Origin: Trichoplax adhaerens
Taxonomy: Eukaryota; Animalia; Placozoa
Assembly (NCBI RefSeq): GCF_000150275.1
Contig: NW_002061038.1
Span: forward strand, 4,777-17,841
Direction: 5' to 3'
DNA: 13,065 nucleotides
This document shows positions 8,448-13,065 of the stretch, in pieces. The notes under the pieces were generated by a model, which saw only the letters and a program-made list of their open reading frames with translations, was not told the origin of the DNA and ran no database searches. Position 1 is the stretch's first letter. Each line of letters begins with the position of its first letter. The position numbers were made by a program, and so were the translations under genes.

Positions 8448-9637
8448 TACAGTACTACATTTCTCCAAAAAGCACTATGGACCACCCAAACACTACTGTA
8501 AAATAACTGTCCGCCATTAAAACGATTTTTTTACTATCTATTGACATAGTACGTTTATGTTATCATGATAATCTATCTTGGGAGATATCCTTCTATGGGT
8601 ATATATAAATACTATACAGGAATTTCAACGGAATACAACTTTGATTTTTTAAGGAAGAAGGAGACATCGAAAATAATCACGCTGTAGATAAGCCGTAAAT
8701 AGTACTGTACGATATCTAGGATTCTTCACGTTCTATGGCGCGTACACTACAATAGAACTAGCTGTAGTTTACAGCACAGGCAATGTTACGACAGAGGCGA
8801 GACAATTGTAACAGTAGTCGATTTTACGATACTGTGCAACCGACAAGAGCGATTCTAATTTAAATATTAGTCAAATGTACATTGAAAAAAGGTACGAAGG
8901 AATGTCGATATTACAGTTATCTATATGATAATAACATTATACCAGTCGTCATAGTTCTCTACTATCTCCTTAAAGAGTCTGTAGAGAAAGTTATTTCAGT
9001 TTTATTTACGTACAAGCATCTTGGAATGCTTATACAATGACGAATTAAAGACAAAGATGAGAGCGATTTAATTAAACTGAATCTGTCGGGAGATTAATTT
9101 CATACGATTTGCAAAAAAATTCATTTCTCGTAAATAGTGATCGTTAATAACCTATTCGTATTGAGCTTCAAATAGGAATCGATATACATGCATATGGAAT
9201 TCAGTAGCTTGCTTGGTACAGTATCTTTCTTTACAATACTTAGGGCACTGGTACTTAGCGTTCTCAGAATTAGACTTAAGAAAGGTTCAGTTGGGTGCAA
9301 GTCTGAAACTTTATAGCGTTCGAGTTGAATTTTTTAACATGAATGGAAATACTATTTATGTTCAGGTTTCGCACGTATTCATGGTCGCGTTTACTATGCA
9401 AGAAATAACTTACAAAGCTTGACAAAAAATATAATCGTAGATGAAATGCCTGAACTAAGAGGTGAAGAATAGTTTACATTAATCTATTTGCATCTACCTC
9501 AAGTAAAGAAAGTTTTGCAAATAAGTTTGCTTAGTTACTTGTACAAATATTGGTATTCAAGAGAGTTAAGGAGATAAAAAAATCTATATACATATAATAT
9601 AAATATATATATTATCTCACTGCACCCGACCATATTA

Positions 9638-9780
9638 AGGTGTGTTCACACGAGCGATGAAAACACAGCGACCCGCGACGAGCGACGAGTCCAGTGATTG
9701 CAGTCAAATCTTTATGACGTCACTCGTCGCTCCTCGCTGAAATATTTCGGCGACGAGCGACGGGCGATGAGTGAAGTCAT
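9638..9780. mobile_element. Single terminus of a PIF/Harbinger-like non-autonomous element with GCGACGA subterminal repeats
   Basis: TTA/TAA followed by (A)GGTGTGTTCACACGAGCG resembles animal Harbinger termini. Repeated GCGACGA-type heptamers follow in both orientations, with an imperfect palindrome at 9714-9780. No partner terminus was seen. Confidence 0.45.
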
Positions 9781-9784
9781 ATTT

Positions 9785-9985
9785 ACGCAGCTTACTTTTA
9801 TAGGTGTGTGTGTGCGCTTATTTACAGTACAAAGTTATAAACTGCAAATTACTGTAGCATAGAAAATGTTTGTAAAATTATACTCAAGAAAGCGAACAAT
9901 ACAGTACAATATCTTATCTGAAATGTGTGTGCGCTGCCCACCACACCTGACTCTGTCACGCAACTTACTTTTATAGGTGTGTGTG
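9785..9985 (+). repeat. 28-bp direct repeat pair, 173 bp apart
   Basis: ACGCAGCTTACTTTTATAGGTGTGTGTG (9785-9812) and ACGCAACTTACTTTTATAGGTGTGTGTG (9958-9985), one mismatch. Confidence 0.9.
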
Positions 9986-11006
9986 CTTTACATACTGGTA
10001 TACTGCAATACAAAAGTAACGAACTATATTGTAGATCGGTGGAGAAAACGAGTATATACGTATGTACGGTATGTAGTAAACTAATTTACTGTACTGTACT
10101 GTATAATATCCTATTATTACATAAAGGAATGTGAAAATTTTTCAACATGAAACATACATTAAATGTCAGATATTGCGCAATACAACTTTATGTAGTATGA
10201 GTATGTAGAAAACATGTTAAGCAAGTGAAAAACGGAAAATTTTATGTCATTTACACTAGATATTTTATTCAGTACAGAGCAGAGCGTGTTCGGAATGTGT
10301 TGCCTCAATATGTAATTGCATACACTCGTAAAGTACAGCAATGCAAACTGTTGCATAAATTTCGAACTATTTAATTTATATTCAAATGTACGTAAGTTCA
10401 ACATTGTTAACAAGCAGTATATGACCTGTTTGGGAGCGCATCAACACGGCGTCGTTAACGTGATAAAATTGCGTGACGCGCTCATTGCGATATTTTTCAT
10501 TATCGTAAAAAGCCGAGCACATCATTAATCTAAAATAGCGGGAATACAGTCGTACAGAGACCGCAGCGCGCCTTTTAAAAACGGGATCTGAATAAGGTAA
10601 AGTACCACAAAGCATAATTCCATACGATTCATGGCATATTAGGTTCTGTGATAAGGATCTCTATTCGAAATACCCTGAATCGTCATCCCTACCCTAAATG
10701 CCCGATATAATTGCGTATATATTGTGCTACTGCGAGGTAGCTGTTTGTAAAGAGTGCTACCGCTTCACTAATCAGGTAGAGTCTAGGATCGATTACGTCA
10801 GCCATATTTTATCGGTTTGTAGGCAGTTCATTTTGGTATATTAGCAAAATTAAAGATTTGATTTCGTCTTTCTTTTGTTCTAAATTTTAGACTTTAACAT
10901 CAATTTCCGTTTTAGCAACAGTTCGATAAGTAAAGACCACTTCTACTATCTAACCAATTAGTTATTTTGTAATAATGTCAAATAACTTTATACTTTAATT
11001 GGAAGT

Positions 11007-11049
11007 ATCTGAAATTAGGTAACTTAACTGTAAAAATCTGAAATTAGGT
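11007..11049 (+). repeat. 14-bp exact direct repeat
   Basis: ATCTGAAATTAGGT at 11007-11020 and 11036-11049. Confidence 0.85.
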
Positions 11050-12209
11050 TTTTGGTGAAACACAATCAGAACCTGTAGTATAAGGTGAAAATAATATCGA
11101 TTAGTATAAGTTTGATGTTACGAGGGTGAATTGAATACTTTGCAGAGTTCGATCCTATTCAGCATAAAATTAATCTAATAAAGCAGTGTCTTGTTTTGAT
11201 ATTATGAGAGTGGATTGAATACTTTACAGCGTACAATTCCAGACTGCATAATTTAATTTAATGCGGCAAATTATCCAGTTTCGAAAAAGAACGGCACTCG
11301 ACACTATCGCTATTATTGCGCACGCAAGTTACTACTGTATCATTTAGTATCACTATATATATAGATATAGCAATAATCGTATTGTTAACCAACCGTAAGA
11401 ATTTACTGTCTGCCTGTCAAGATTAAATGAAAGCAATATATGAAATAGAATTGAATTTAAAGTTCCACTTATCACAATCTTCTAAACTACCAAAAGTGAA
11501 TGTACACTACTGTACATGCTGTACTCTAATTGATTAAATTATATTATTTTATACTGTATATATAATACATTAATTAATTTAATTAATAATTCACCGTCTT
11601 ATAACTCGAAAACTCTTTATGCATCACGATAAATTGTGATGAACTTTGTAGAATTTATGATATAAAGATAATATCAAAAATGTTTTCTTTTATCAACATC
11701 AGCTTTGATAATATAATTATGCATCATCAGAAAAACCGCGATTTAACAGGATTTGTATAAAAATTAGTGATGTCGGAAAATTTTAAATATAAACTAGATG
11801 TGCGAGCGAGACTTTCTTCCTCGTTTTTTACACGATAAGATCCGCAGGCTTCGTTGTAGATTTTAGTTTAAGTTGCACAAACTATTTTTAAGTTGTTTTA
11901 ATAACAATTCAGTAAAAATATAGAAATTTCTTAAATAGGTTTTAGTATGAACTTCCACTCTAACGTAGCAGCATTCATTTCATGCACGCTTCATACAGTA
12001 TCCTATCGCTTACATTACAATAGTAACTGTTGCTTAGATTTAGTTATCCTTACAATTATACTGATTATCGTAAATCTAGCCAAGAAATTCTTATTAGTCA
12101 TGATACCAATATACATCGACTAGATTAACATGATGGTACATAAAGTAAAAAAATCAGTTAGGTACGCGAGTACAATACGAGCAATGGGTGCACATGACAT
12201 CTTCAACGG

Positions 12210-12231
12210 GCGTATTTAAATTTAAATACGC
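12210..12231. repeat. Perfect 22-bp palindrome
   Basis: GCGTATTTAAATTTAAATACGC is self-complementary. Confidence 0.9.
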
Positions 12232-13065
12232 TTGGGTACATTTAATTATAAATAAATTGTTCTAACAACGAAATTATATAAATAAGAAAATCCAGGACAT
12301 AATAATATCTAAGCTCCTAAATTTTACTTACTACTATCAAGAATAAAAGATTGTGAGACCTTATAAATATTTTTACTGTCATGTCACGACTTTTTGATTT
12401 ATGTATACTGTACAACAAAAACGTTTAAGTGCCTGTAACAATTTTACTTTGATATACAAAAAATGCAGGTTGTAATAGACTAATATTAGAAAGGCGATCG
12501 ATTTTACGTTTAGACAGACACTCGACAAGCAAAAACATCGTAGAAAATTAAGCAACCTTTTAAATCGACTCATAGTATACCACCTGATAAATTTAAGAAT
12601 GATTCACTGTTTAGATACGTACGACGTGATAACTGATTCAAGGCCGAAATGGACCAGTCAACATTCGAATTCCGTTTTGGTATTTAGAAGGAGTATTTTA
12701 AGAAAGCTACTAATATACATCTGCGACAAAAACTGCTAGGTTAAGGGATAAATGTAACTACGCCTCATGAAAGTGGTTTACTTATTTAAAATCCTAGTGC
12801 ATTGAGAGAGTATATGGGAATTTTAGTTAGAATTATTTCGTAACATTGCAAGTGATTGCTTGCTTACATTTTTACCTAGAAATTATTTTACTTTTCGTAT
12901 TTCAGAGCTTTATTATGTAGACATCACTTTTTTTGTTTATGGTTAAATTACCCACTTTACTGCTTTATACCTTCATAAATTTAAACATAGATAATTAAAA
13001 GGAAATAATGAAAATTAGTGTTTCATAGTATTGTGGTTCCGCTCAACTTCCAGATTAATAGAAAA

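Noticed and set aside
10430-10590. CpG-rich patch with overlapping short ORFs (10159-10615)
   Set aside because: No recognisable protein motif, RNA fold or terminal repeat; it could be a promoter but this is unsupported.
12379-12740. ORF 12379-12573 and an exon-like block near 12615-12739
   Set aside because: No recognisable homology and ambiguous reading frames.

Overview
AT-rich eukaryotic DNA, most likely from an animal: it carries a rhodopsin-class GPCR and a spliceosomal intron. The style suggests a compact invertebrate genome such as a placozoan, but that is only an impression. The window opens with the 3' end (TM5-TM7, helix 8) of a class A GPCR. It continues with ~0.8 kb of mixed TACAG/TACTG 5-mer arrays and a decayed intronless ORF whose motif spacing resembles a protein-kinase C-lobe. 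The centre holds the main signal: a decayed two-gene, tail-to-tail unit. On the minus strand is an intron-containing IS3/integrase-like DDE transposase with an N-terminal HTH; on the plus strand is the C-lobe of a G2E3-like HECT ubiquitin ligase, and their polyA signals face each other. Next come a frameshifted Tc1/mariner (DUF4817-like) N-terminal fragment, a 17-bp perfect inverted repeat, a Harbinger-like terminus with GCGACGA subterminal repeats, and several short palindromes and direct repeats. All family calls come from motif recognition by eye; no database search was run.
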